DNA from: Leucoraja ocellata
Taxonomy: Eukaryota
Assembly (NCBI GenBank): GCA_036785375.1
Contig: JAWMAR010000363.1
Span: 1,116,001 to 1,180,000, forward strand
Length of the DNA: 64,000 bases
Reading direction: 5' to 3'
Within the stretch, counting starts at the first letter, position 1. Every line of letters begins with the position of its first letter. Positions 36,463-49,621 of the stretch are shown piece by piece. Under the pieces are notes generated by a model, which was given only the letters and a program-made list of their open reading frames with translations, searched no databases and was not told the DNA's origin. The position numbers and the translations under genes are program-made.

Positions 36463-37859
36463 AGCCGGTCCCACTGAGAAGCGCAGAGGGGTATGGAGTT
36501 GTGCGCGGTATCGTGCGGCACTCCGAAATTTTGTAGCGAACAAAATCTTGGCGCTCCAGAGAGTCAGAGTCAGAGTCAATTTAATTGTCATTTGGACCCC
36601 TAGAGGTCCAAACGAAATGCCGTTTCTGCAGCCATACATTACACACAAATAGACCCAGACACAACATAATTACAATTTTACATAAACATTCATCACATAG
36701 CTGTGATGGAAGGCCAAAAAAAACTTTATCTCTCCACTGCACTCTCCCCCCCCCCCCCCCCCCGATGTCAGAGTCAAAGTCAAAGCCCCCGGCTGGCGAT
36801 GGCGATCGTCCCGCGGCCATTGAAGCCACGCCGGGTGGTGCGAGGTCGCACACCGGGTCTTGTTGTTGGAGCCCCCGGTGTGCGCTCGCAAGTACCCGCG
36901 GCCATTCCAGCCGCGCGGGGCGGTGTAGTGAGGCCCCGCTCCAGGAGCTCTTCGACCCCGCAACACGGGCGGGAGAATTCTCCGTTGCAGGAGCCCCGAA
37001 AAGCGGTCTCTCTCCAGGGATCCGCGGGCTCCCGGCGCCGCTGTCCGCAGACCCGCAGCAGCAGCCCCCGACTCAGCAGCGGCATCGGCAGCAGCAGCAG
37101 CAGCAGCAGCAGCGTTCCTCCACCGCTCCAACCGCTCCGGTCTCGGCCAGCTCCGCGACGGCAACGGTGAGTAGCACCAGAGTCCCCGGCTTCTTCCTGT
37201 TGGAGGCCGCTCCTCGTTGCGGCCTCAACGACAACGGAACCCGACGAGAAAAAGGTCGGGTCTCCAGTGCAGGGAGAGATTTAAAAAGTTTCCCCCCCCC
37301 TCCCACCCCACCCCCACCCCCCCACACACACACCCCAACAAAAAATAACAAAAACTACATTAAAACACAGACAGAAAATAATAAAAACGCGGACAGACTG
37401 CAGAGGCCGCTGCTGGCCAGAGCCGCGCCGCCTACCGGCCTGTCGCGTAACTGACGGCCAAATTGTGACAGGCCCAAGACCCTGGCGCAACGCAACGTCT
37501 CACCTCCAACAGCAGCAGAAGCAGGCAAACGATCGCGGAGCTCTGTCTGGGACTCACGGCTGTTGCGGTCCGGATCCGCCCCCGCTTCTACTCCCAGAGC
37601 GGGGCCAAGAAAATTGAAGATGGACACAAAATGCTGGAGTAACTCAGCGGGACCGGCAGCATCTCTGGAGAGAAGGAATGGATGATGTTTCGGGTCGAGA
37701 CCCTTCTTCAGTTTGACTTCTTCAAATGACGTCACGCGCTCCAGGCGGCTGTGCGGGCGCATGAAGTCACGTGCGATCTTCGCGGTACCGTCGCACATCA
37801 ATGCGACTATGAGGTTGCGTAATTAGCGTGCCAAGGACACGTAAGTGGGACAGGGGCTT
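36463..37859. mobile_element. Second, left-truncated copy of the 20958-21651 Harbinger MITE, interrupted by a retroposon
   Basis: Collinear with 21046-21651 once 36559-37436 is removed; right TIR CCAAGGACACGTAAGTGGGACAGGGGCT followed by TTA. Confidence 0.8.
36559..37436 (-). mobile_element. ~880-bp non-coding GC-rich retroposon, copy A
   Basis: Collinear with 57948-58810 end to end; 3' hairpins and (TGACTC)n tail; internal (CTG)n run. Confidence 0.8.
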
Positions 37860-39108
37860 TAGTGACGTTTTGGTTTGGGACCCTTCCTCAGTCTGAAGAA
37901 GGGTCCTGCCTCGAAACGTCACCTGTGCGTGTTCTCCACAGGTGCTGCCTGACCCACTGTGTTAATCCAGCACTTTGTGTGACTTGGGTGATGAATTTGG
38001 AGTAAACCAACAAATCTTTGAGTCGCTCTATTTCACTGTGCAATGGAGCTTCACATCTTTGCTTCTGCTTGCTGTTAGTTTCTGACCCCCTGATGTCGCC
38101 CGGGTCAAATTATTTGAAGCACTCTGATAAAGGTGAAAGGTCACAGGTGGCGGTGGGTAGTGGGCCGGAGAGGTCTTGAAAATGAGTGATGGATTCCGTT
38201 GGCACTCAGTCAAAACTGGACGAACAGGTAGCTGCTGGTGTCGAGCACAATGCTAGTTCTCCCGTGTGTCTAACCTAATGATAACCCTTTCGCCATTCAT
38301 GCAAGCTCTTGAATCTAACATTTAAACATTGCCCTGGCAATGCGTTGATTGATTCAAAGATAGAGCATCTAAATGGGACCTTTGGCCCAGCAAGTCCACA
38401 CTGATCATTGATCATAGACCCATATGCTAGAGTAACTCAGCGGGTCTGCAGAATGACTGAATTGTTTCTGACACTAACCAGAGTCATGGGTGTCATTGAG
38501 TGATGCCTTCTCTAAATTTCTCAAATCCTCCTCCCTGCTTTAAGGTGTCTCTCGAAACTTCCCCTGGACTTGTGGTCTAATGCATCTGGCACACTGAGTT
38601 TCAGTTTGAGTCTAGTTTATAGGTCAGGTGCACCGAGGTACAGTGAAAAGCTTTTGTTGCGTGCTAATCGGTCTGCTTGGTGTGACTCCGTCATCTTCAG
38701 TTTGAACACATTCCTGTGAAGTGTTTAGTGCTATTTTTGGTGAAAAGTGTGACATAAATGGCATTTGCTGTTTGTGGCGTTGTTAGCCTGCATAACAACA
38801 CTGTCAGCACTTAACATAATTTATTCACGTCAAAGTGCTTTAGGCTTCCCCCAAAGCTTGGAGAGCAAGATATGAAACATTTTTTAATCTTTTGAAACAC
38901 TCCAGCCCAGCACATAACCTGCTGTATTTATTTAAACACTAAACACTGCTGTCATGGGATATGGTCTTCAGCCGACGAGAGGAACTGCAGATGCTGGTTT
39001 ACAAGAAAAGGCACAAAGTGCTGGAGTAACTCAGCGGGTCAAGCAACAGCTCTGGAGAACACGAACAGGTGACTTTTCGGGTCGTCCCGAATTCTTAGCT
39101 TTGGGTTT

Positions 39109-39341
39109 ATTAATTGCCATTAATAATTCCAATAAATAACTGTGAAGAATTTGTGGGTTTTTTTTTCTCCAGGGAGTGGTGAGAAAATACAACTCTAAAT
39201 CCAAAGCAGTGGTTGAAGTGAATAAAAAGGCATTTAAGCGGGTGAGAGCTAGGTTGCAGATCCTGAAACTGAACATAGCTGTGAAGTGCTGGTTCATTTT
39301 TTTACGAGTAGAAACAAGGAACTGCAGATGCTGGTTGACAC
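39109..39341 (+). repeat. ~240-bp diverged direct repeat, copy 2
   Basis: Collinear with 16393-16630. Confidence 0.75.
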
Positions 39342-39641
39342 TTGGGACACACAGGTCTGTCGCATATAATCAGTCTGAAAAGGGTCCTGACCCTAAACGT
39401 CACCTATCCTAGTCCTCCAGAGATTTGGCCTGACGCGAGTTACTGGAGCACTTTGTGAGACTTACTGTTATAACGCTGTTGATTTCAGCACCATACAGCT
39501 GAGAATTGATTCTTTTTTTGACGACAGTGAGCATTTTTGGTTTAACTCCCCCTCCCAGCTCCCTTAACCCGTCCCCCCCCCCCCCCCCCCCCCCTCTCCC
39601 CAGCCAACGTCTTTGCACCGGCTTCTTCTCCCACTCTTTTA

Positions 39642-41042
39642 GTCAAGTTCAAGATTTATGAACCAATTGGGACAGTGAAATTTGTGGTCACCTTACAGCC
39701 ATACGAATAAAAAGAACACAGCACACGATAGACTTTAACATAAACATCCCCACATAATAATAATAATAATAATAATAATACATTTTATTTGTATAGCGCT
39801 TTTCAAGGACTCAAAGTCGCTTTACATGGTGAGTCAAGAACAAAACAAAATAGAGCAGTAAGACAGAGATGCAAAGGGGAGGGGGGCATGGGACTAAGGG
39901 TATGCAGAGGTGAAGAGATGGGTCTTGAGGCGGGACTGGAAGATGGTGAGGGACTCAGAAGTTCGGATCGATTGTGGGAGGGAGTTCCAGAGCCTGGAGA
40001 AGGCTCTGTCTCCAAAGGTGCACAGGTTGGATTTCAGAATGGAGAGGAGACCGGCTGAAATGGATCTGAGGGACCGTGAGGGTTGGTAGGGGGAGAGGAG
40101 GTCAGTGAGATAAGGGGGGGCCAAGTGGTTGAGGGCTTTGTAGGTGAGGACCAGGATTTTGTAGATGATCCGGTGGGAAATGGGAAGCCAGTGAAGTTCT
40201 TTGAGGACTGGGGTGATGTGGTGCCAGGATTTGGTGTGGGTAATGAGTCGGGCGGTTGCATTCTGGACCAGTTGGAGTCGGTTGATGTTGCTGGAATTAA
40301 TGCCAAAGAGAAGAGAGTTACAGTAGTCCAGTCGGGAGGAGATGAAGGCATGGATGAATCAAAGTTTCCCTCTGTGAGGGAAGGCACCAAAGTTCAGTCA
40401 TCCTCCCGTGGTCGGGCCCTATTGAGGCCTCCGCAGCCGCCGCTACGGGCGGCCCGTTGTTCAGGCCCTCTCGCCGGGATGATGGAACTCCGACGTCGGA
40501 ACGGAAGAACACCCTCAGCAGCTTGGACTTCCGAATCGGCCACTTCTTACCGCAGACCGCGGCTTCCAAAGACGACAGGCCGAGCTGGGCGGAGATTGAC
40601 ACTGGTGGCCCTTGGCAAAGGGATCCCAGGACTCCGCGATGTTGAAGTCAGCGCCGCCCGCGGCTGAGCTCCGCAAACCACAGCTCCACGATGTTGAAGC
40701 AGCAGGCCCAACACTCCGGAGCTTCAAACGGCGATTCCCGGTAAGGCATCGCCCGCTCCGCGATGGTACTTCAGAGCTGCGCTGCTGCTGAAGCTCTGGC
40801 CGGTCTCCGGTCTGGGGCAGATGGTAGGCCGCGGGAGGGGAGGGGGTAAAGCGAAGGCGTGACTCGGAGAATAGTCGCATCCTCGCCAGGAAGTGACTGG
40901 GAAACAGTTTCCTCCTTACCCCACTCACCTCCCCCACATAAAAATACTAAAAAAAACTCTAAAACATACTTTTTAAACAGACTAAAATTTTTTTTTAAAT
41001 GGAATAACAGGCAGGCTGTAGGCAGAGGCGCCCCTAGTGGCC
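39642..41042 (-). mobile_element. Divergent relative of the GC-rich retroposon (copy C), split by an L2 insertion
   Basis: Same block order: short GC head, T-rich tract, G-tract, GC body, GCCTTCCCTCACAG..TGTGGGGATGTTTATGT, GTATGGCTG, TTGAAC-type tail. Confidence 0.62.
39755..40356 (-). mobile_element. L2-clade LINE 3' fragment with (TTA)n tail
   Basis: HAFISSRLDYCNSLL..LQLVQNAAARL..HITPVLKELHWLP..YKILVLTYKAL..WNSLP, the classic L2 ORF2 C-terminus. Confidence 0.9.
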
Positions 41043-42647
41043 GTGGAAGGGTCTCGATTGTCCATTCCCCTCCGTAGATGCTGCCTGACCTGCCGAGTTC
41101 CTCAAGCAGCTCTCCCTCCTTTGCGGTGTCCCAGTGAGGCGTTATCGCACGGTTTACGCATTCGCCGATGCCACGTCGGTGTGGCCGAGTCTGGTCCGAC
41201 CCAGTCTTCGGAGCAGAATCCAGGCCATCTATAGCGGGGGGCCACGGGCAAGCAGGCAGTGAGCGTGGGTCCCTTTGAGGGCGAGGCTTGGGTATGTGAA
41301 GGCCAAGCTGCTGATAGGGATGTGGAGCACATGTAACAGTGGGCCAGAAGCTCATAGGGATTAGCTTTATTTGACAAAGCAAAAAAATCTGGATGCAATT
41401 AGCCCGAGGTGACGTGAGGTTTGCATTCCAAAGCAAATGGACTCGCTCTGTCACATTGTGAAAGATAAGCCGTGTGCAGCATACAGCTTGCATTGATGGT
41501 GAATTAGTGCCAGTATCAGAACAGACAGCACACACACGGAGGAGGGGACAAGACGGATCGCTCGCACAAAAGCTCCAGGTGACCCCTGTTCTTATCAGTG
41601 TAGAGACTGATATATATTTCAATGACAGTGTTTAATTCCGCACAGCTCCTGGCTTTTATTACAGTATCAGCTTGACGGTGAGCTGACAGAATCAATACGG
41701 GAGCAGGCTGGAAACAAAATGCCTTCAGACAGCCGATTTCACACCGCAGTGGTGGCTTGGAACCAGCGAGCGTTTTTGTTCTGTTTTCCCACTTGCCGCT
41801 ATTTGGTGGTGGTTGATCTGGTGCATATGGCCGAGCTGCCCCCAACCTTCCCCTGCACACTCACCCTCCTCCTCTTAGACTACCAAAACCGCGAGGTGAC
41901 ATATTTCCTTGTCTACAGAGTCGGCCGAGGCTGTGCTTGGACTGCATCTGTCGGTCATCGATTGGTTTAGAGGTACTGCGTGGAAACAGGCCTTTCGGCC
42001 CCACCGAGTCCATGCTGACCGTCGATCACCCGTTTGCACTAGTTCTCACTTTTGCATCCACTCGTATACACCCGAGGGGCAATTTTACAGAGGCCAATTA
42101 ACCTAGATACTCGCACATCTTTCGGATGTCGGAGGAAAGCCATGCGGTCACGGAAAACGTGCAAACTCCACGTGGGCAGCACCCGAGGTCAGGATCAAAT
42201 GTGAGTCTCTGGTGTAGTAGGGGATAGAGCGGTGGGTTATTGGTCAAAGTCCCAACTGCAGCTGGCGATCAGGGCCCATTGCAGCCGTTGCCTACGTCAG
42301 GTGGTCCCGTGAACCGTCGCCCTCTCCTCGCCCGGCCACCTTCCGTAGCCGACCCTGAGGGCAGGGAATGTAAGACCCCCGCCCCCCGGTTCTTCTTACC
42401 GGCCCTTTAGTACAGGGTCTGCTGCTGTTGTCGACTCCCTCCACCTGCCTCTCCAGTTTCCAGTCTGCACTGGAGTCGAGGCTCGGACGAGGATCCCGCT
42501 CCAGGCAGGGTTCTCGGTTCCGCGGCGGTCGAGACAGGACTGCTGCCGTAGTTTGGCTGCAGCCCGTCGGGGGTTCTCGACATTGCTCCCTCCCATGTTC
42601 ATTGTTGGCAGGGGTCAGAGGTGACTCTGATGCAGCCTTGAAAGCAA

Positions 42648-43082
42648 CTTAGTTTATTATATTGTCACGTGTACCGAGGTACAGTGAAAAGCTTGTGTTA
42701 CGTGCTAACCAGTCAGCAGAAAGACAACGCATGATTACGTTCAAGCCAGTTACAGTGCATAGACACATGATAAAGGAATAATGTTTAGTGCAAGGTAAAG
42801 CCAGTAAAGTACGATCAAAGATAGTCTGAGGGTCACCAATGAGGTAGATAGTAGTTCAGCACTTCTCTCTGGTTGTGGTAGGATGATTCAGTTGCCTGAT
42901 AACAGCTGGGAAGAAAATGCCCCTGAATCTGGACGCTTCTATACTTTTTACCCGATGGGAGAGGGGAGAAGAGGGAGTGGCCGGGGAACGACTCTTCCTT
43001 GATTATGCTGAGGCAGCGTGAGGTATAAATGAGGTCAATGGAAGGGAGGATGATTTGTGTGATGGTCTGAGCTGCGTCCACA
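42648..43082 (-). mobile_element. Rex1/Babar-type LINE 3' fragment
   Basis: DAAQTITQIILPSIDLIYTSRCL..PGHSLFSPLPSGKKYRS plus the hairpin tail. Confidence 0.75.
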
Positions 43083-43747
43083 AGGACAAAGGACTGCTCC
43101 TGAACTACTATCTACCTCATGGGTGATCCTCGGACGATCTTTGAACCTTTGGAGATACTTGTTCTGGATAAGGCATTAATGCAAGGCCCCACTGTCTGTA
43201 GTTTCTGCACTCAACATCCTGCAGCCCAACTTCAAAGTGTCGCAGAAAAGTTCTCTCTGGTGACAAATTTAATCAACATCACTGTCAAAAAGCAGTTACT
43301 TCCATCTTTACCAAATAGTTTTTAGTGGGGGATAGACACAAAGTGCTGCAGTAACTCGGCATGTCAGGCAGCATCTCAGGAGAAAAAGGATGGGTGATGT
43401 TTCAGGTCGGGACCTAGTTCTTTATTTCTACATGTTATTTGTGGGATCCGGCTGTGCATAAACCAGCAGCTTCATTTCCTATTGTGGCCACATCTAAAAT
43501 GCACTAAATCAAGCACTCAGGGACGCTGAGTGACTATGAAAGGCACAGTGGATGCAGAAATGATTATTTTAATAGTATGAAATATCCCTTGAATGAGCAG
43601 TAACTAAAATTGGATTGATGAGCTCAAATGAGTTTGGATGATTGCTGCAATGGTATTGATACTGGTTTATTTTTACAACCTGAAACAGCAACAAGCTTTG
43701 TTTGTGTGCTAATCACTCAAATCATACTAAACATGAGTATAATATGC

Positions 43748-44165
43748 GTGAGAAGGAACGGCAGTTGCTGGTTTAAACTGAAGATTGACACAAAAAGCTG
43801 GAGTAACTCAGCGGGACAGGCAGCATCTCTGGGGAGAAGGAATGGGTGATGTTTCGGGTCGAGACCCTTCTTCAGACTTGTTAGGGATAAGGGAAACGAG
43901 AGATATAGACAGTGATGTGGAGAGATAAAGAACAATTAATGAAAGATATGCAATTATTGGCTGTTTGTAGGGTAACAACTAGAGGCTATTGTGACTAGGG
44001 TGGGGGAGGGATAGAGAGAGGGAGGGAATGCCGGGGCTATCTGAAGTGAGAGAAATCAATATTCATACCACTGGGCTGTAAGCTGTCCAACGAAATATGA
44101 GATGCTGTTCCTCCAGTTTGCATTTAGCCTCACTCTGACAACGGAGTACACCTAGGACCGAAAGG
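43748..44165 (-). mobile_element. Penelope-like 3' fragment with hammerhead-bearing terminus
   Basis: Reverse strand has a KLEEQHLIFR remnant, 3' UTR and GTCTGAAGAAGGGTCTCGACCCGAAACATC. Confidence 0.72.
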
Positions 44166-47100
44166 TCTGTGTGCAGTTCCTCCAATGGAGACCCTCGGGC
44201 TATCTTTAATCGAACTTTGTGGACTTTATGTGGTACTGAACGTTATTCCCTTTATCCTGCATCTGTATACTGTGGACAGCTTTATTGTAATCTGGATAGC
44301 ACGCAACAAAACATTTTTTCACTGTACCTAAGTACACGTGACAATAAACTAAACTAAACTGTCCAGATGTCTTTTAAAAGTCATAATTGTCACCAACGGA
44401 AAAGGTCCCATCCTATCCAACCTCTCCCTATAACTCAAGCCCACAAACCCAGGTAACGTTCTAGTGAATCTCTTCTGCTCCCTTTCCAACTTAATGACAT
44501 ATATCCTATATCTGGGGGAACAGGACCTCACATAATAATCTAAGTGTGGTTTCACCAATGACCATTGGTGTATGGAGCAAGTTGGCGGAAGAGGTGGTAG
44601 AGGCAGGTACTATCGTAATGTTTAATAAGCATTTTGACAGGTAGGTGAATAGGTTAGATTTAGAGGCATATGGGTCAAACACAGGCAGGGGGGACTGGTG
44701 TAGATGGGACATGTTGGTCAGAGTGGGCGTTGGGCCGCAGGGCATGTTCCCACACTGCATGACTCTGACATAAATCTGAATTGTGACGTGCTGGTTTTTT
44801 TGCTTCTATGAGGATCAGTTCACTTCAGTCCTCATTGAAACGGCTATGATTAAGTAAAAAAACCTTGATGGTAACTTTCACCCAAATACTTGACCAAGCT
44901 TCGATGTTTGGATGTAGAAACAAGGAACAGCGGATGCTGGTTAATACGCAAAAGGACACAAAGTGCCAGAGTAACTCAGCGGGTCAGGCAGCATCTCTGG
45001 AGAACGTAGAGAAGTGACGTTTCAGGTCGAGGGCCTTCTTCAGTATCATGCTTGTTTGATGCCAGAACCCTGGCTTGTTCTTCTCCCTAATGCAGGAGTG
45101 CTTGGACCCGTTGCCTTTCCCCAGAAGCTATTAGACAGCTCATGTTGTCCAGGGTTTACACTTGGGGCCCAGTGGAGTCTGCGTGCTGATTGCAGTGATG
45201 AAGGATGGGCCCGTGCACGGAGCATATATATTTCTTAAAATCACTTTGGAACGTGGGCAAATGAGGCAAGTTGAGCCAGGCTTGTTAGCGTCACCTCGGA
45301 GCTGATTATTGCTTTGTGAAAAACAGCACCTCCTGAAGGTATGTGTGGGCCCAGGGACAGGGAGCGGAATTCATTCAGAGAAGCTAATTGCCCATAAACA
45401 GGAAGCAGGTCGGAGGTGGGAAAGTCGTTACCTGCCAAAGACTGCAGGCTCCGGCACAGGCTTGTAATCTTATCAGCAAAGCATGTTGTTGCAGAGCTGT
45501 TCTGCCGTCGCACCTTAAGGTTCACTGATCGAAATCTGGTAGACGCACGCGGTGTGTGGCTGTGCCAGTCAGTCCTGGGATGAGGTTTCATGCCAACACT
45601 TGGGTTAAACACCATGCCCCGCACTTGAGCAGAATTCGGCCATTCTCCCATGACTGGAAACATCCTCCCCTCTATCTAGGACTTTCATTATTTAACAGAT
45701 GTTCACCTTAAGTTTACATTATTCGGTCGTCTTTGCACCTTAAAGCTATGCCCTCTTCTTTGACATTTCCACCCTCGGTGGGAGTGGGGGGGAGGAAAGA
45801 GTTCTGACTGTCTATCCGTGGAATAGAAGGCTGATGTGTACAAAACCAAGGTTGTGTTCCCCTTTCCAATCGCTTTAACTCACGTCTGCACGGTCCAATG
45901 TCGAACAGCATCTGCCGCATGTGAGGAGATGGTGGACAGATATATTGAAGGGACGAGTTTGCAGGGCTATGAGCCAAATGCAGGCAAGTGAGACCAGCTG
46001 AGTGTGCATACTTGGCCGGCGTGGACTAGGTGGGCCGAAGGGCCTGTTTTCAGGCTGCACGCTTCTATGATGTTTGGCAGAGAAGAGGTGTTTTTTTCAT
46101 TTTGGTCTGCTTGCATTTAGGGAAGGGGTCGAATCAATGCAAAGCCATCTAAAGTTGCAAGCAGGCTACGGAGAAGTGAAGCCAGGGGAATTCATGAGGA
46201 GGTGTAGCATTCTGCAAGAGCATCAAATGTCTTTTCCTCAGTTGCTGGGCAGGTTGCCAGCATCGCACCTGCCTGGTTTTTGCGTGTTTAGAACGGGGTG
46301 TGTGATGTGTTGTGAACTGTTTTTTGTGTTATACCAGCCCTTTTAGATTCCAGCACATGGTCTGCCTCTCCAATCCTGCCAAACCACAAGCTCCGGAGAA
46401 GAGCTGACACATTGGTAATGATAGCTTACACTCTCTGCGGTGCTCAAATGCAGGATTTGAGCAGCAGCTGTACCTATTCCTCCTACTTTTACGGTTCAAC
46501 TCCCCAGCGGGTGTTTGCGAGGTGTTGGCACAGCGGTTAAATTGCTGCCTTGCCACGCCAGAGTCGCAGGTTCGATCCTGCATATGGGTGCTGTCTGTGC
46601 GGAGTTTGCACGTCGCTTTAGTTTCCTCCAGTTTCCTCCCACATTCCAAAGTCGTGCAGGTTTGTAGGTTGTCTATGAAGAAGGGTCCTGTTCCTTCTCG
46701 CCAGCGATGCTGCCTGTCCCGCTGAGTTACTCCAGCATTTTGTGTCTATTTTCAGGTTTGCAGGATAATTGCCTTCTGTAAATTGCCCCGAGTGTGTCTG
46801 TCGGATGCCAAAATGGGATAACAGAGAACTAGTGTACGGGTGATCATTGGTCGGTGTCGACTCGGTGGGCCAAAGGGCCACTTTCCATGCTGTATCTGTA
46901 CCTCTGGGGATCATGTCAGAAGCCTCCTTGTGGCGATCCCTGGAAGCGACGACGCGATGCACTCTGTGCCGCCCGCGTTGGGTGACAATTCTGTCAACAT
47001 GTTGGACGACAACAGAAGCCAACAGCGAGCTACATTTTCTGACACACGAGTGGACGAACAATCTGTTCCTCTCCAAAAAATGGTAGTTGGAGAAAGCACT

Positions 47101-47624
47101 TGTGATAATGGGCACAGTTCCACGGCCAGCCATAAACTCCGTTCTCTCTGGCAGCTTTCAGTAAAGAGCAGAGGATTTCTGCCAGGTCTCTTGGACAATA
47201 TTTATATTCCAACAACCATTACCAGAAAACTTTAATGAAGACGACAAGACCTAGGATAAGAATCAGGCTATTCAGCCCATCGAGTCTGCTCTGTCATTTG
47301 ATTACGGCTAATCTATTTTTCCCTCCCACCAACATTCTCCTGCCTTCTTCCCATAGCCTTTGACGCCCTTACTAATCAATCTCAGCTTGACAAATACTCA
47401 ATACTCAGCCACCGCTGTCATCCGTGACAATGAATTCCACAGATCCACCGCCCTCCTCATCTACATTCGAAAAGCATGTCCTTTTATTCTGAGGCTGTGA
47501 TGTAACAGATCTATTGATCTGATCACTGCCAAAGCACGGTGTGACTAAATTGTGTATCTCTTTATTCGTACATTGCAAAAGTGACTACGCCTCCAAGGCG
47601 TCATTTTTGTCTGCAAGGCGCTTT

Positions 47625-48100
47625 CGAGAGGGAGCAGAGGCGGTTTGCCAGAATGCTGCCTGGATTAGAGGGGGTTGACTCTAAGGAGAGGTTGTACAAA
47701 CTTGGATTGTTGTTCTCTATAATGCCAGGGGCAGAGAGGGGAGACCTGATAGAAGTGTATAAAATTGCGAGAGGCAGAAGTGGGATATACGGTCAGAACC
47801 TTTATCCCAGGATAGAAATATCCATGATTCGAAGGCATAGTTTTAAGGTAAGTGGGGCAAAGTTTAAAGGAAATGTACAGGACAGGTTTCTATTTTGCAC
47901 CGTGGTGGGTGCTGGAAATGCACTGCTGGAGGTGGTGGTGAAGGCATAAATGTTAGTGGGGTTACAGGGGATTTTAGATAGGCACGTGGATACACAGGGA
48001 ATGAGGGCTACGTATTGCGTGCAGGCAAAAGAGATTGGTTTTACCTGGCATCATGTTCAGTGCAGATATTGTGGACCATAGGGCACGTTCCTGTGTTGAA
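47625..48100 (+). mobile_element. CR1-clade LINE 3' fragment
   Basis: EREQRRFARMLPGLEG..ERLYKLGL..RGDLIEVYKI remnant. Confidence 0.78.
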
Positions 48101-48241
48101 ACGCATTCTCTTTAAGACATGAGAATGTAGACTAGTGAAGTTGTGTAAGGTATCATAACTCCAGCAATGGGTAAACATGCTTAAGTCATTCTGTCAAGTC
48201 CTCTTCTTGATATTTGCCAGATGATTAAGCCTGCATCAATA

Positions 48242-48560
48242 GGGCGGCACAGTGGTGCAGCTGGTAGAGCTGCTGCCTCTCAGAGTCAGAAACCCAGGTT
48301 TGATCCTGATCTCGGGCGCTGTCTGTGTGGAGTTTGCATGTTTTTTTCCCTGCGACCAAATGAGTTTCCACTGATTTCCTCCCACACCCCAAAAACGTGT
48401 GGGTCTGTAGGTTAGTCATCCTCTGTATATTGCACCTGGTGTGCAGGGAGTGGAGGCGAAAGTGGGATAACATAGAACGAATGTGAACGGGTGATCAGTG
48501 GTCAGGGTGGACTTGGAGGGCCGAATGGCCTGTTTCCATCCTGTACCTTCCAATCAATCA
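48242..48560 (+). mobile_element. V-SINE (HE1-like), full length, second subfamily
   Basis: tRNA head, V core, GTGGGATAACATAGAAC variant, (CAAT)n tail. Confidence 0.8.
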
Positions 48561-49621
48561 AAGAACAGTAGTCGGTGAACTGTAAATTGCAAGATACTGT
48601 AAGGAGAGGCCAAAGGTAATACATTCTCCTGCTATCTTTGAAAACTCTGAAGAATTTCTGAATCCATAAACATTACTATCTCATTCCTTTGCCCTCGGGC
48701 ACTCGTAGAAGATTTACACCAGCTAGTAAAAACAAAGCCATGGCAGGATCCCATGCGGTTGCCACGGTGACGGGACACAGGTCACGATTTAAGGGGCAAG
48801 TCTGTTGAGCGTGACATTTGTCAGGTATGTAGTCCTCGGTGGGACTCAGTAATCAGCTCCGAGCTGCGAAGACAGGTCAGTGAGAAATGGTTCTGATCGC
48901 GGCTGCCTAGTTTCATCCCAGCCAAGCCTAAAAGCTGCATTGAGCTAACTCTGGCAGCCTCTCCATCAGATGAAATTTAGTATCGCAATTCTTTTTCCCG
49001 ACTAAGTTGGTGGTCTTTGACCTCCCCTGTCCCTCGGGGGAAGGGGGGGGGGGGGTGTGAGGCCGGCCAGATAAGGCATTTTGACAGTGTTTCCATGCCT
49101 CAAAGCACGTAATCTCTGGGACTGCTGAACTCCAGGCAAGTGCAATTAGAGGCTGCACCCACAAACTTCATCTTGACAAGCTTCATTTCCTGTCAGAAAG
49201 CCCAACGTCTTGAGTCACGAGTGGCTGTGGGAGCCGGCTGTTGATATGTCGGCCACAGATGGGAGATTTGTGGCCTGACTAAAAAATCCCGTTGGTGAAG
49301 CCTTTCCCGTCTCAATCCACTAAACCAAAATATTCTTATAGTAAATCGGCTGCTGAACCGTAAGTGAAATTAAAAATGGCTGCCAAAGCCTGGCCTGTTA
49401 ATGATAGACACAGAGTGCTGGGGTAACTCAACGGGGCAGGCAGAGGCAACGCCTCTGGATAGAATAAATGGATCATGTTTCGGGCCACGACCCTTCTTCA
49501 CACTTCTTCATACTTTTTCGGACCATGTCATAGAAGAAGGGTCTCGATCCAAAACGTAGATATTTTTGAGGCAGAGATAGATATAGTCTTGATTAGTATC
49601 AGCCATGATTGAAAAGCAGAG

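Noticed and set aside
36585-37454. 289-aa ORF with polyQ/polyP
   Set aside because: Antisense to a GC-rich retroposon; the frame is not kept in copy B and the polyQ is a (CAG)n microsatellite.
40771-41622. 283-aa minus-strand ORF
   Set aside because: Runs across unique DNA, a Penelope terminus and a retroposon head; no recognisable domain.
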